DNA of 63,902 nucleotides, filler included, from Welwitschia mirabilis (taxonomy: Eukaryota): assembly GCA_051453625.1 (NCBI GenBank). It is 7 parts of one record of this genome, joined end to end, with 100 filler letters (N's around TTAATTAATTAA, not from the genome) between each part and the next. Parts side by side here need not be neighbours in the genome. Positions count along the whole stretch, not along the records: positions 41,151 to 57,699 come from JBOZIK010000001.1; positions 57,800 to 61,455 come from JBOZIK010000001.1; positions 61,556 to 63,902 come from JBOZIK010000001.1; 4 more parts are not named here. The stretch is one strand, 5' to 3'. This document shows positions 49,270 to 63,546 of the stretch, one piece after another. The notes under the pieces were generated by a model. That model was not told the DNA's origin, made no database searches, and saw nothing but the letters and a program-made list of their open reading frames with translations. Position 1 is the stretch's first letter. The number at the start of each line of letters is the position of its first letter. The position numbers and the translations under genes are program-made.

Positions 49270-49660
49270 AATATAGGCTTTTAAGGCATTTCTAAAATTC
49301 ATTAAAAGGCCTTAAAAAAATGCCTTAAAAGTTTTTAAGACATTTTTTTCATAAAATTCTTTAAAAAACATTGCCTTAAAAGCTTACATGCTTTTAAAGA
49401 ATTTCTAAGGCATTTTTATTAGGATGCCTCAAAAGACATTTTAAGGTATTTTTATAATAAACACAAAAGGCTTTTTAGGTGTGTTTTTGTGAGAAATACC
49501 TTAAAAGGATTTTGAGGCCTTTTATCAAATAAACATCTAAAAATCCTTTTGAGACATTTTACAAGTTGAATGACTTTTGAGGCATTTTAGAAACTAAACA
49601 CCTTAAAAGCCTTCTGAGGTATTTTATCTAATAAATACCTTGAAAGCCTTTCTCATGAGA
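49270..49660. repeat. Degenerate quasi-palindromic repeat array
   Basis: Recurrent AAATGCCTTAAAAGGCTTTTAAGGCATTTT-like units in both orientations. Confidence 0.6.
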
Positions 49661-50819
49661 ATATATATATAAAAAGCCAAACTCTATATTTAAACCTACT
49701 CATATTCCAAAATAATAAAACCAGATAATTTGGAAAAGGAATTCTTTAATACATTACTCATTATCCTTATGAAATTTCTTCAAGAATGATCATTATGCTC
49801 TACAAAGATCAAAAATTGTAAAACTATCTCTTCAACATTGATTGATGTGAATACAACTTTCTACTATTTACTTCCACATGAACTATACTATTTTTGGTTT
49901 TTTTAAATATACCATAACTTTTTAGTTATGACTTTTTTTAATTATATTTTCACCAATCATCTATATAAAGTTACTAAATAAGATGAAAGAGATCACTAAA
50001 ATATAGAATAGCGAGTAAGTTATTTATAAACTTGTAATGTTCTCATAGAAGCAACCAATAGATCAATTCAATAATTATATCATAAAATAACATTGAAAAA
50101 GCAGACTCTAAGATAAATATCTTTTACCTTAAACATTTTTGGGCCATTTTCTGAGATATTTTAAACTCTAGATTCAAAAAAATCAAATAATCATAAAATA
50201 TAATTTTCAAAAATTAGCAGATTACAAGTTTACCTTTGATCCATTCATCACTTGAGAAGATTTCCTTTTATTACTATTTACCAATTGGGATTCTTTAGTA
50301 GCTCCTGCTTTTAATTTCTTTAAATTTTCATAATTATCATGCATCTTTTGTATCTCTTCTTAATAACAAATTAATATAACTTGATATTTGCTTAGGGAAA
50401 TATAACATAGAATAAATTGTATTCATGGAATATTATTTAAAGATTTTCAAATAATTACATTCTAAGAGAAGTAAGAACTATCACAACTAATGATCAATAT
50501 ATCATGATAAAACATTTTCATGAAAATGATAGTTTTTTCTATTGTGAATAATGTTAGATCATTATCCACAACATTTTTCCCTTATTGATTGAAAATTAAT
50601 CTTGTGATTCCATAGCGAGTTATGCATAATTAAATCTGTCATCCTTGTCTTAATGTTTTGATTAAAAGTTATAGTTTCAAATATTATTTGATGTATCAGT
50701 TAAAGAATATGAGAAACAGGTAATGTACTATACATAATTTTCAATACATATCAAAAGAATTTAAAATAAAGTCAATAAATTCCATGTGAATTAAATTATA
50801 AAATTAGTTAGATGTAGGA

Positions 50820-51350
50820 AAGAAATTCAAAGATCCTCAAATGTCAAGACCATAGTTAGATCATTTTTAGATTGTTGAACCCCTTTCAAACCACTAGATA
50901 GAACTCTATTTAGAATACAACATTACATCTCCACATATTTTGTTTAAAAGAGTTTTGACACTATTATATTGCATATAGAATATCTAATCATTTTAACAAT
51001 GGTTTAGTTATTTCTTTCTATAACAACATCTTGATATAGAGAGTATGAATAATATCTGAATTCTTAATGTCATGTTCTTTAAGATAGTTCTCAAATTCAA
51101 TACTAAAATACTCTCAATCTCATCACATAACTTTCAATGACTTATTCTAAACAAAAGGTTTAAATTCAATGAATTCTTTATAGGCCTATAATTTATATCT
51201 CAAGACTTGTGCTTCCTTTTCTTCTCTAAATATTGATGGGTATAATTGATAGCAAAGGCATTTCATGAGATACTCTTCTCATGCTGCATTGTTACTTATT
51301 AAACTTGTGCACAAAGTTCCTCGATGTAGAACAAGATCCAGAGTATTTGA
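50820..51350 (-). pseudogene. Highly decayed Copia integrase relic
   Basis: FSIEFENYLKEHDI; ERNN*TIVKMIR; CILNRVLS; HLRIFE, in the order of the Copia integrase core and C-terminus. Confidence 0.55.
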
Positions 51351-54300
51351 TAGATACTTTAAGCACATTAAATTTTGAGGGTTAAGATCTTAGCAAGTGA
51401 ATTTTTTATGATAATTTTTATAAACACATTATCCTATGTCTTCAAGTTATTCTCTAGTTATGACATCTTCTTAATTGATTGAGCAATAGCTCCTATTCCC
51501 CAAGTTTGTAATTGCCTAGTTTGAGACATTCTGTTCTAGGAAAATATTCTCCAAATAGAGAGTTCCATTACATTGGTTTAGGCTTTCCATACTGAAGTGC
51601 ATTCATCCATCATGCAACAAACCTCTTCTATGAGACTTCTGACCAATTATTTACAAGAAAGATTATTTCTTTTCTCAGTGGTATTAGTTTCACTTTTCAC
51701 CTAATGAAAACTTTTCAATATCTAACAAAATCTGTGATGGGAGAGAGTCGAATTCATCCTAAAAGCCTAAAACATTAGTGTGGCCAAGCCCATACTTCTT
51801 GGACAAGTAAGCAACCATTTTATGCTTCCTATAAGAGTATAATATCATGTTTAAGATTATGTGTTAAGAATATAAAAACAGGAATACAATATCAAACATA
51901 AAGTTTTAATTGACCATTTAAAACTTGTATAGACAGTAGTGAATACTTAATATAAAGTATAAAATTATAAATATTAAACTATTAAAAAATGCAATCACAT
52001 TCATCTTACAAGCAAACCTTACTAGAATGATCCTTTCTAAAAGATAGGATTCTGTTTCAATAAAGTTGGGTAGATGTCCTTTTTTTCCTCCTCCTTCTTA
52101 ATTTCCTCTTTATAGAATCCCTTCATTGTATATCCTATGGAATACTATGTGATTATTTATAGTACTATAATGATTTCTGATATGAACAGAATGATTCATA
52201 AGCAAGTTTGTTAGCATTGCAGAATTATCTTGCAATAGGGCATTTGATTCCCTAATAAATGTTATGTAGATGATTATTTATTATAGAAAGCATTAATTTT
52301 CCTATTTGTGGTCTTACAACTAAAGTTTACCAAGATAAGTTACCCTCCTTTGAGCTAATAAGTGATGATTCTATTCAGGTAAGGGATTTCATATAGTCAG
52401 TCAGTCACTCTAGTTTTTTCTACTTTCAAAGTTATTATTGAGATCATACTTTCAAATTGAATAGAAATAACTAGATAAAATACAATATTTTACATGTTTA
52501 ATTTTCTAACCTTGTTTTCTTTTAAAAAAAATGATTTAACATCTTTATCCATATATATTTACTAATACATCATCTATTAATGTCAATGTATGTAGTAGTT
52601 TAAAATTTTTATTATTTTACAAAGACAACATAACATGTTTGCTAGTTTATACAAATAAGAACATGCACCTCCTTTTCATACACTAATAAGACTTGGTTGT
52701 GTTTTCAGATTTTCTATGAAGATCTCAATTTTGAAGCAACTTGGTGTCATTGTGAAATATGTATAGATATAAAATGTGTTAAAAATACAAAAATAAAAAG
52801 ATTCTTATAAAGAATTTTAGAGAGCAATGTTTCAACAAGGAGACTAGTTTATACACTATGGAATATTATACTCAAATTACTAGAACAACTAAGGTAAGTT
52901 TATGCACTATCTTTTATAATTGATAATGTATCCATATTTTTCATAAAGATCACACACTAAAAATTTTTGTGTGTCAATGAAGAGATATCTTGTTAGTCTT
53001 CAAAATATTTTCATTAAACACAAGGGAGTTTCGAGTATCTCAATCAATTCAAATTTATCAATAAAAAACCATTCACATTGCACAATAAATAAATTCAAAA
53101 TAATGTCATACCTATTAGTCCTTTACAAGGGATGCATGGTTGACAAACATTACTTGAAATTCAACTTCTAACTTTTGTAGTCTTTGAATTTCTCCTTTAT
53201 ACCACTTAAGCTACATGCAAAAGCAAATGAAGAGACTATCTCACAGCATATATATAATTCTTACAAATATAGATAACTAATAGATGGAGTCGTTTTAATA
53301 TAGATGCATAACATCTATTAGAGAAACCTACATTGTGGTAATTTAACTTAGTTAATAAACATGTAGATTATGGCATGTCTACCTTAAAAAAGTTAAGAAA
53401 TCCTAGTATTTCTTATGTAAAGTTATTGCCAGCCTCTGCATCCATAAAACTAAAAATATTTATAACTTCTAGAATTTGGCATTTAGAAACTGATTTTTTG
53501 GTTATGTGAAGATTAATTTTTGAACACATAAAAATGTGAAAAAAATTCATATATGATTCATTATAATTAAAAAACTAAAATAGCAAAGATAAATTAAAAA
53601 TTATAAGTAGATGAAATTAAATAAGTTATACATCCAAACTACCAACATTTTATCCTCCATCATGAAGTAAATAATAAGAGCATAGCTTTTCCAAATAAAG
53701 TTGCTCATCTTATAGACAAATTTCTCTTGACAATTTGAAAGCATTTTGTGTTTAAATTTCAAATTTTAGTTAGAAACTTAAAGTCTTCTTACCATTTCAA
53801 GCATAAAAGGCACTAAAGTATTATTTTTTTAATTTGTTAAAGATTGACCACATTTTTCCTTATTTGATCAGATTTCACTTAAGAGTCAAGAAATTATATA
53901 AGAAAAAGTGGCATAAGCATAGCCATATACTCAAAAAAATAATGCAGTTGATTAAAAATAAAAATAAAAAACTTATGTGACCTAACTTGAGATAATTAAG
54001 AGAGCACAGGAGTTATCTTTAGTGTCTTACTTAGAACAAAAGCTAGCATGAAAATTGGTCATAAGACTAAGTTGGTGCTATCTAATTAAATGGGTATATT
54101 ACATTTTTCAATTTTTAGACAAATAAGAACTGGTTTGAAGTAATAGAATACAAAATCCCCAAATGCCACATAAAATTCTTAACAATGCAATCATTTGGAT
54201 AAAATATCTAAGCAATTATCAATTCCTTAATTAATTCATGTAAACATTTAAATTAAATAAAACAAATTGATCATTATTTTTCCATTCTGATTTTTGTCTA

Positions 54301-57300
54301 AGCACTGCACTTAGTAATAACTTGATAATTTAAATTAGGATCTTCTAGTAAAGGGGAACTTGTTTATGTTGTGATAGGAAATGCTCTAATAAGACATGAA
54401 TCCTTAAAATTGTTCAAATGAGTTTTTAATTTCAAAGGTTTGTCATCGAGAAGGATTTTTGGAATTAAAAATTTTACAGAAGCCTTAAAATTCCAAAATA
54501 ACAAGCTTATAAAAGAATGGAGTAATAGATTAAAGTGAGTTTTACCTCTACTTTGACATTGTCATTTAATCCATTAACATTGATAAACTTTTATTCCATG
54601 GATCTATCCACAGAAGCATTAGTATTAGAGATTCATATCCTTGGTCTTCTTCCTCCAATTTTAATGTTGAGTTCCTAGGTTATATCCTAGACATCCGAAG
54701 TAATTTGCAAAAGATTTTCTTTGAATGTTGTAATTTTAGCCCACATAGTTATAGCTTCTTGAAATTGGTAGAAATTGCTTCAAAATCACAAGAAAAAAAT
54801 GTTACCAAAGAAGTTTGTAATGGTATATTCGAAATTTGAAAAAAGATTTATGATGGATTATGAAAATGANNNNNNNNNNNNNNNNNNNNNNNNNNNNNNN
54901 NNNNNNNNNNNNNNNNNNNNNNNNNNNNNNNNNNNNNNNNNNNNNNNNNNNNNNNNNNNNNNNNNNNNNNNNNNNNNNNNNNNNNNNNNNNNNNNNNNNN
55001 NNNNNNNNNNNNNNNNNNNNNNNNNNNNNNNNNNNNNNNNNNNNNNNNNNNNNNNNNNNNNNNNNNNNNNNNNNNNNNNNNNNNNNNNNNNNNNNNNNNN
55101 NNNNNNNNNNNNNNNNNNNNNNNNNNNNNNNNNNNNNNNNAGCAAAAAATGTTACCAAAGAAGTTTGTAATGGTATATTCGAAATTTGAAAAAAGATTTA
55201 TGATGGATTATGAAAATGAGCATAACACACTGTAGTTTGATAAAAAATTTCCAAAATTTGTATGGTTTTTTATCTATCATCTAATGAGAATGGAGTGCAG
55301 TTGAGATCTAAACTCAGCATAAAAGATTAAGACATCCTAGATAGTTATTCTGCCTCAATTTACAGTCAGAGTGATTTACAAGAAATATAGAATAACCCAT
55401 TACATAGGATAATTAAAAATAAAGCAATAAGAAAATACCTTTTGGGTGGATCAAGAAACTAACAATAATTTTCATTACTTTTCTTTGGTACAGAAAATTA
55501 GTTAAAAAAGAGGAAAAAAATAATAAAAATGTAGATGATAAGGACATTAATTTTCTTTCTTTTCTCTGAAAGTATAAAATTAGGTGTAAAAATAGAAAAA
55601 GCGATGAAGATGCAGACATACTAGTGTGGTTGATGTAAAGCAGCAACTAGTGGAGAAAAGTGTATGCAACTTTTCTATGGAAGGCAATGCATTGAACTTA
55701 TAGCATCAATGACATCTTTTGCAATCTTGAAATGATAATATTACTACTGATACAATTTTAGACAAAGAGCAATACCACCTAAGAAAATTTTAGTAGTCGA
55801 TAATTTAGAGCCTCTGTTAGGGTTTTTGTTGTTAATAGAAATCAAAATCTTTACTCCAAAAGAAGTGTGAATAAGAGATCTTATTCAATGCATGAAGGAA
55901 ATTCCTCCTCCTCCATCATCACTACCTGTTACAACCTACAACTTTACCATGGACATGAGCTTGATAGCCATTAGTCTATCACAGTTGATGAGCTTNNNNN
56001 NNNNNNNNNNNNNNNNNNNNNNNNNNNNNNNNNNNNNNNNNNNNNNNNNNNNNNNNNNNNNNNNNNNNNNNNNNNNNNNNNNNNNNNNNNNNNNNNNNNN
56101 NNNNNNNNNNNNNNNNNNNNNNNNNNNNNNNNNNNNNNNNNNNNNNNNNNNNNNNNNNNNNNNNNNNNNNNNNNNNNNNNNNNNNNNNNNNNNNNNNNNN
56201 NNNNNNNNNNNNNNNNNNNNNNNNNNNNNNNNNNNNNNNNNNNNNNNNNNNNNNNNNNNNNNNNNNNNNNNNNNNNNNNNNNNNNNNNNNNNNNNNNNNN
56301 NNNNNNNNNNNNNNNNNNNNNNNNNNNNNNNNNNNNNNNNNNNNNNNNNNNNNNNNNNNNNNNNNNNNNNNNNNNNNNNNNNNNNNNNNNNNNNNNNNNN
56401 NNNNNNNNNNNNNNNNNNNNNNNNNNNNNNNNNNNNNNNNNNNNNNNNNNNNNNNNNNNNNNNNNNNNNNNNNNNNNNNNNNNNNNNNNNNNNNNNNNNN
56501 NNNNNNNNNNNNNNNNNNNNNNNNNNNNNNNNNNNNNNNNNNNNNNNNNNNNNNNNNNNNNNNNNNNNNNNNNNNNNNNNNNNNNNNNNNNNNNNNNNNN
56601 NNNNNNNNNNNNNNNNNNNNNNNNNNNNNNNNNNNNNNNNNNNNNNNNNNNNNNNNNNNNNNNNNNNNNNNNNNNNNNNNNNNNNNNNNNNNNNNNNNNN
56701 NNNNNNNNNNNNNNNNNNNNNNNNNNNNNNNNNNNNNNNNNNNNNNNNNNNNNNNNNNNNNNNNNNNNNNNNNNNNNNNNNNNNNNNNNNNNNNNNNNNN
56801 NNNNNNNNNNNNNNNNNNNNNNNNNNNNNNNNNNNNNNNAAAAGAAGTATCACTCTCCAAAGAAATGCTTAGAAGGCCGTTATAACTTGATGCTTTAAAG
56901 GTTCTTTTATTTTCCAAAATAAAGGATATTACAATAAAATATTTAAGGATCTTTTATAGGAAAAGATGGAGATGGAATTGGTTACAATCCTTAGGCTTGT
57001 AGAATTAGATGAGTGGTTATAAAATAATGGCATTAGGTAGGGTGTTTGTGATATTTTATTAAGTAGAGATCATTATCATAATGAGGTTAAAACTTAGCTC
57101 TTAGATGCTATGACTTTTGATAACCAATGTCATTTTCATGTGTCTTCACTATCATCCACCTCGGTAATACCACATGTTGCAACTACATGTCATCATCATC
57201 ATCATCATATGTCATCAAGGATGCAAGTTAATTCTAAGTTAAAATATAATTAAGNNNNNNNNNNNNNNNNNNNNNNNNNNNNNNNNNNNNNNNNNNNNNN

Positions 57301-59419
57301 NNNNNNNNNNNNNNNNNNNNNNNNNNNNNNNNNNNNNNNNNNNNNNNNNNNNNNNNNNNNNNNNNNNNNNNNNNNNNNNNNNNNNNNNNNNNNNNNNNNN
57401 NNNNNNNNNNNNNNNNNNNNNNNNNNNNNNNNNNNNNNNNNNNNNNNNNNNNNNNNNATTATAGAAAATCAATAGAAGATATGTTTTTATAATAAATTAA
57501 TTATACTAATGTCTTCTATTTGTGTTGAAATTTAGCTATGCTCATATCTATCGTTAATATATTGTAATTCATAATATCATCCTAGGATACAAATCATACA
57601 TGGTTAAATCCGACTTTTACAAAATGTACTTGAATTTTCATTTGTAGTATAGTTCCAATGGCATTATTTCTCAGAGATAAATGATGAAATCTATCAATAN
57701 NNNNNNNNNNNNNNNNNNNNNNNNNNNNNNNNNNNNNNNNNNNTTAATTAATTAANNNNNNNNNNNNNNNNNNNNNNNNNNNNNNNNNNNNNNNNNNNNT
57801 GATGCTGGTTTACTCCAAGAAACTTGTGTCACTGTGTATGTTCCACATAGATCAATCTCGTACCATGATGCTTTTGATGTTATATTTAACCTATAAAATG
57901 ATAGTATTTAAGTATATTAGTAGTAAAATAGGACTTTCATTCTTAAGTGAAATAAATACATAAAAGCATCATGATGATTAATTAAACTAGCTAATAATAC
58001 TTTAATTGCTTAATATAAATGTTAATTTTTATGTTATCATACCTTCTAAGCAGGAATTTGCTAGTTCCTTAGCTAAAAAGTATGTTAAAAAGTTAGATAA
58101 CANNNNNNNNNNNNNNNNNNNNNNNNNNNNNNNNNNNNNNNNNNNNNNNNNNNNNNNNNNNNNNNNNNNNNNNNNNNNNNNNNNNNNNNNNNNNNNNNNN
58201 NNNNNNNNNNNNNNNNNNNNNNNNNNNNNNNNNNNNNNNNNNNNNNNNNNNNNNNNNNNNNNNNNNNNNNNNNNNNNNNNNNNNNNNNNNNNNNNNNNNN
58301 NNNNNNNNNNNNNNNNNNNNNNNNNNNNNNNNNNNNNNNNNNNNNNNNNNNNNNNNNNNNNNNNNNNNNNNNNNNNNNNNNNNNNNNNNNNNNNNNNNNN
58401 NNNNNNNNNNNNNNNNNNNNNNNNNNNNNNNNNNNNNNNNNNNNNNNNNNNNNNNNNNNNNNNNNNNNNNNNNNNNNNNNNNNNNNNNNNNNNNNNNNNN
58501 NNNNNNNNNNNNNNNNNNNNNNNNNNNNNNNNNNNNNNNNNNNNNNNNNNNNNNNNNNNNNNNNNNNNNNNNNNNNNNNNNNNNNNNNNNNNNNNNNNNN
58601 NNNNNNNNNNNNNNNNNNNNNNNNNNNNNNNNNNNNNNNNNNNNNNNNNNNNNNNNNNNNNNNNNNNNNNNNNNNNNNNNNNNNNNNNNNNNNNNNNNNN
58701 NNNNNNNNNNNNNNNNNNNNNNNNNNNNNNNNNNNNNNNNNNNNNNNNNNNNNNNNNNNNNNNNNNNNNNNNNNNNNNNNNNNNNNNNNNNNNNNNNNNN
58801 NNNNNNNNNNNNNNNNNNNNNNNNNNNNNNNNNNNNNNNNNNNNNNNNNNNNNNNNNNNNNNNNNNNNNNNNNNATATAATGCATTAAAAATTTAGTTGT
58901 AATGTCTTAAATTTTAAAAGCTAAAATATATGGCTATAAAATTTTAGAAATGACTAAAATAAGTTGGAAAAATGAGGGGTGAATATGATGATTTTGAAAT
59001 GGAAATGTGAAAGATGAATTTGAATTAGTGTATTTCTATGACTTTTTAATAGAAATAAAAGTTTTAAAAATATAGTAAATGTAATCAAGAGCATCTATGA
59101 AAAATGAAGNNNNNNNNNNTCTTATATTTCAGAGCCTAATAGTCAAATTAAGATGTTTGAAGTTTTGTGACAGTTTAGAATAAAATTTAGTTTTTTGAAA
59201 ATAAAACTTCACATTGATTTTCTATTAAACTCAAAAGACGTTATAATAAAGCAAGATGCAAGTACAATGTAGCTATTACAACCAAAAAATATAGAAGAAT
59301 AAGAGTGAGAGAGGGAGAAGATAAAGATGCCTTAATATAATAGATATTTATAAAAATAAATTTTGATATTTATAGAAACTTAAATTCTTGGTAGTTACCA
59401 TGATGATGCCATATACATG

Positions 59420-61456
59420 TGTTGGAAAATCTAGTTTTAATGATTTCACTTGTCAAATATTTTATGTCATTATGTAAGATAGGTCATTATAAATATCATT
59501 AGACTTTAATAAGCACTAGAGGATGATGGATCTTCAAACTCAATATCTCATGAAAAGGATTTTGTAAAATTAGCTANNNNNNNNNNNNNNNNNNNNNNNN
59601 NNNNNNNNNNNNNNNNNNNNNNNNNNNNNNNNNNNNNNNNNNNNNNNNNNNNNNNNNNNNNNNNNNNNNNNNNNNNNNNNNNNNNNNNNNNNNNNNNNNN
59701 NNNNNNNNNNNNNNNNNNNNNNNNNNNNNNNNNNNNNNNNNNNNNNNNNNNNNNNNNNNNNNNNNNNNNNNNNNNNNNNNNNNNNNNNNNNNNNNNNNNN
59801 NNNNNACATTTTAGACAAGCTATCAACTTATACATTATGATTTCATGATCACAGTGGCTCAAGGATTATATAGAATAAGTTTCATCAAAATCTAGGTAAG
59901 TTCACTAAAGACATCTATAAAGTAAAGATGTCTGACTGTTAGTAGACATCTACAAATGTGAAGACGTCTTTAATCAAAGTTCACATCAATGAAATTTGAA
60001 GATATTTTTCCAATGCTTAGATGTTTCCTATCTATTGTATGATGATTAAAAGTTAAATAACTATCTTTTAAGCTCAAATGTCTAGATTCTCTTTCACCAT
60101 ATAAAGGCTTAACATCATGGAATAAATCATAACTTTGTGTGCTTTACAAAAATAGAAGGAATAAATCTAGCTTAAAGAACAAACACACGAGTAATTGAAA
60201 CATCTCATAAAGAATTAAAGTTATCATCCTAATGGATCTTTCAGTGCTATATTATTTGTTCTTGGATCCTACATTGTTGCATCATTCTTTTACACTCATG
60301 ACAATAATAACAATAAGGACTTCAAGTCTTCATCAAAGTTACATCTTCAGGTTTGTTGTTACTGTATTTATAGCACTTACGTTGTTGAACTATCTTATTT
60401 TTAAATATTTTTGTATGTCCATTAATAAATCAACCTTTTTTCAATATAACTCTTCTACAGGTGTGCATTTGAAGTATTGCCTGTGAGTACATGCTTGTTA
60501 TAAGGTTATTGGTGAGCCAGAAAACCATTATTTCCTTGTAGGGAAAAAAGTGCTACCTTATGAGGAGAGTCTGATTATCATAAGATTTGTGGTATACCTA
60601 TGAAAACCATTATTTTATTATGGAGAATAGAGCACTACCTTACGAGAAAACTCTCATTATTGTAAGTTTTGTAATATGCTTATGAAAACCACTACTTTCC
60701 TATGGAGAAGAGAGTGCTATCTTAAGAGGAGACTCATACTTATTATAAGGTTGGTGGTGTGATAGAAAACCACTATTTTCTTATAGGTTAAGAATATCTA
60801 GAGGTGTAAAAGAAAACTATCCTCTATGTATGAATGTAATCAAATTGGAAAATCATATTATCTTGGTAAGGTGCTTTTTACTGTTCATTTTCATTCTACT
60901 ATTGGTTAAAAAGTTTTATTTGATGGAACTCATCCACCCCTTCCCTTTGATTGGAACAATCCTTAAGTGGTAGGAGAGTGGGTACTCATGAAAAGAAGCA
61001 ATTTTATTAAGGGAAAAATGGAAGGGATGCCATCCATTAAACCTTTACTCTTCAATTAGACTAACTATGCCTATTGCAAGATTAGGATATGGATGTTCTT
61101 ACAGTCTTATAAGTTTTAGATTTGGTGAATAAAGATAAAGAATACTAAAAATCTACAATAAGTCAAATAGGAATAAATACCTCTAGTCAAGAATTTCATC
61201 CTTCACTCATGGTTATTGTACATTCTCAAGAAGAAAACAATGTTATGAAAGAAGAAGATGAATTAGAAAGTGAAGATGACACAGGTATGAATCATAAAGA
61301 AAGGTATGATCTAATTTTTGAGGAGTTAATTAAGCTAGAAAAGTAATGTTTTAAAATGAAAAGATTATTTCATACTCATGAAGAAGCATATAAATAAGAA
61401 AAGAGTGTTTGCAAGAAACTATCCTCTAAAAACTCAGCCCTTAAGGTTAGTGGACN
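59420..61456 (+). mobile_element. Sirevirus-like Copia 5' LTR (about 59420-60965), decayed PBS and gag start
   Basis: TGTTGG start; CATCCACCCCTTCCC near the end; TGGTAGGAGAG; then MEGMPSIKPLLFN*TNYAYCKIRIWMFLQS. About 82-bp tandem repeat (3.5 copies) at 60502-60788. Confidence 0.68.
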
Positions 61457-61723
61457 NNNNNNNNNNNNNNNNNNNNNNNNNNNNNNNNNNNNNNNNNNNT
61501 TAATTAATTAANNNNNNNNNNNNNNNNNNNNNNNNNNNNNNNNNNNNNNNNNNNNTCCGTCTATACTAGCGTGTTGTATTTTGCATCTTATTGATAATTA
61601 ACAGGATTGAAATTGAAACATGAACTATTGCACAAATACACATCGCAATAATGTTCTCCACTTGTAGGTAACTTTAAGCTTAGTACCAAGAAAATTCCTA
61701 TAGGTAAGAAATGAAAGAAAGAA

Positions 61724-62400
61724 ATGAAAGGCATGCCCTATGCATCTACTGTTGATAACTTACTATATGTCTTGGTATGCATTGGACCAAATATTACTCA
61801 TGCTATTTGAGTTATTAGTTAGTTCCTTGCAAATCCTGACAAAGAACATTGGAAGAAGTGAAATGGATTCTTAGATATGTTAGAGATACTTCTAAGCTAT
61901 AGTTGTGTTTTAACCATGAAAAACCTATGCTTATTGGATACAAATATGAAGATATGGCTAAAGATATTGATTCCAAAAAATCCACATTAGAATACCTGAT
62001 GACCTTTGTAAAGGATTCTATCTCATGGTAATCAAAGCTACAAAAATGTGTTTTCTTTTTCACCACTAAGGCCAAATATATTGCAATTACTGAGGCTAGT
62101 AAGGAGTTGTTATGGATGAAGAAATTTCTATTAGAACTAGGACATGAACAAGATAAGTTTATCCTTCACTGCAATAGTTAAAGCATCATCCATCTCAATA
62201 AAATTCCACCTTTCATGTGAGGGCCAAACATATTAATGTAAGGTATCATTGGATTCAAGATGTATAATGACTAAGACTAGGTTGTATATGATGACCAAAC
62301 CATTGCCTCAAGAAAAACTTGATACATCTAAAAGGAAGTCATGGTTGCTAGGATCCTCCACATAAATCAGGAGGAGAAGATTGTTGAATTATCCATCCTT
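61724..62400 (+). pseudogene. Copia RT C-terminus and RNase H relic, PPT and LTR start (62382); preceded by an Athila LTR end (61556-61647)
   Basis: MPYASTVDNLLY; NPDKEHWKKVKWILRYV; ISW*SKLQKCV; YIAITEASKELLWMKKFLLELG; KHINVRYHWI; PPT AGGAGGAGAAGA then TGTTG. Confidence 0.88.
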
Positions 62401-63546
62401 ATGTGGAGGAGATTTTTCATTTGCTGAATGTAGTTAGCATTTAGCATTGAAGAGGCAACTGACACTTAGCATTAAAGAATGTTAGGTTATCCAATGGCTA
62501 TAAATTCAGCTAGATTGTAAGCAATAGATGCAAGAGCAAGAAGTAGAGACAAGTTACCTTCTATGTGTGTCTGAATCGTGGCAGACTCAAAATTTGTATC
62601 TTGAGATGCAAGCCGAACATTCCTACCCCTTTTTAAAAGTTCGAGGGAAAGAATCCCATGTTCAATCTATTTGCAATTTAATTATTCGTGAATCAAAAGA
62701 GAGTAAGAAAAATCGAAAAAGAATTGTATCTCAAAATGTAACATTATTATCTATATTTTTTTATTCATTTTTTGCTAGTCTTTCATAATGAAGGAGCTAG
62801 ATAACAAGATGCTTAACATGCTAAGGTGATCCCACATTCTTTTTTCGATAACCCTTAATGTTATAGATTTTCTTCCCCACCACATAAGGTCTTCTACGGG
62901 AAGAGGTGGAGGGGATAGAAAAGAAAAGAAAAGAGAGAGAGAGAGGGAAGAAAGAGAAAAAGAAAAAAAGAAATAAAGTAGCAATTACTTGATAGCCATG
63001 AGAATGCATTAAAAATAAGATGGTTTCATCCTCAATGCCATCCTAGTTAGGATTGTTTCACATTTAATGCAACTTTGTATTTGGATGTACTAGCTACAAT
63101 AGAAACTACTACTTGACTTGTTGAAAAGTAAATAAATATAAAAAGATAGGGTACACTTTATGATATGAAAATATTGGTTTCATGTGGTTAATTCTCCAAG
63201 TAAATTATTGTTCGATTGTGTAAGTAAATTAGTATTTAAAGCATGTAAATGTTGCATAATAGTGCTCCATCTCCGTTGAAATAAAAAATTCATAGTATCC
63301 TTTAGTTGCTTTCTCCGAAAACCTTGATGCCATCTGCGTTCTTATGTGCTGCATAAGCCTTCAGCTCAATTAAAGCTTATACTCCTGTTGTTATGTAAAC
63401 TTGAATTACCAAAGTCCAACAGTAGGGTAATTCCATTTGTGGCTCTGTGACGCTGAAAGTTGTGCTCCGGATATGCATCTCCACACGCTTTCCGGTGGCT
63501 GTATTTTATCCCGCGATATCGTCTGCAGTTTTTTTAATTCAATACC

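Noticed and set aside
54793-55219. Direct repeats flanking N gaps (also 44007/44757 and 20110/20271)
   Set aside because: Near-identical sequence on both sides of a gap is typical of unmerged contig overlaps or collapsed repeats.
52000-56000. Possible hAT/CACTA transposase relics
   Set aside because: Only isolated weak resemblances (e.g. WIDPWNK); no ordered motif series or terminal repeats could be established by eye.
165-59862. Long poly-X ORFs in the ORF track
   Set aside because: They exist only because N runs contain no stop codons.
13368-61511. Six identical TTAATTAATTAA palindromes
   Set aside because: Each is centred in exactly 44+44 Ns: an artificial contig linker. Adjacency across them is unproven.
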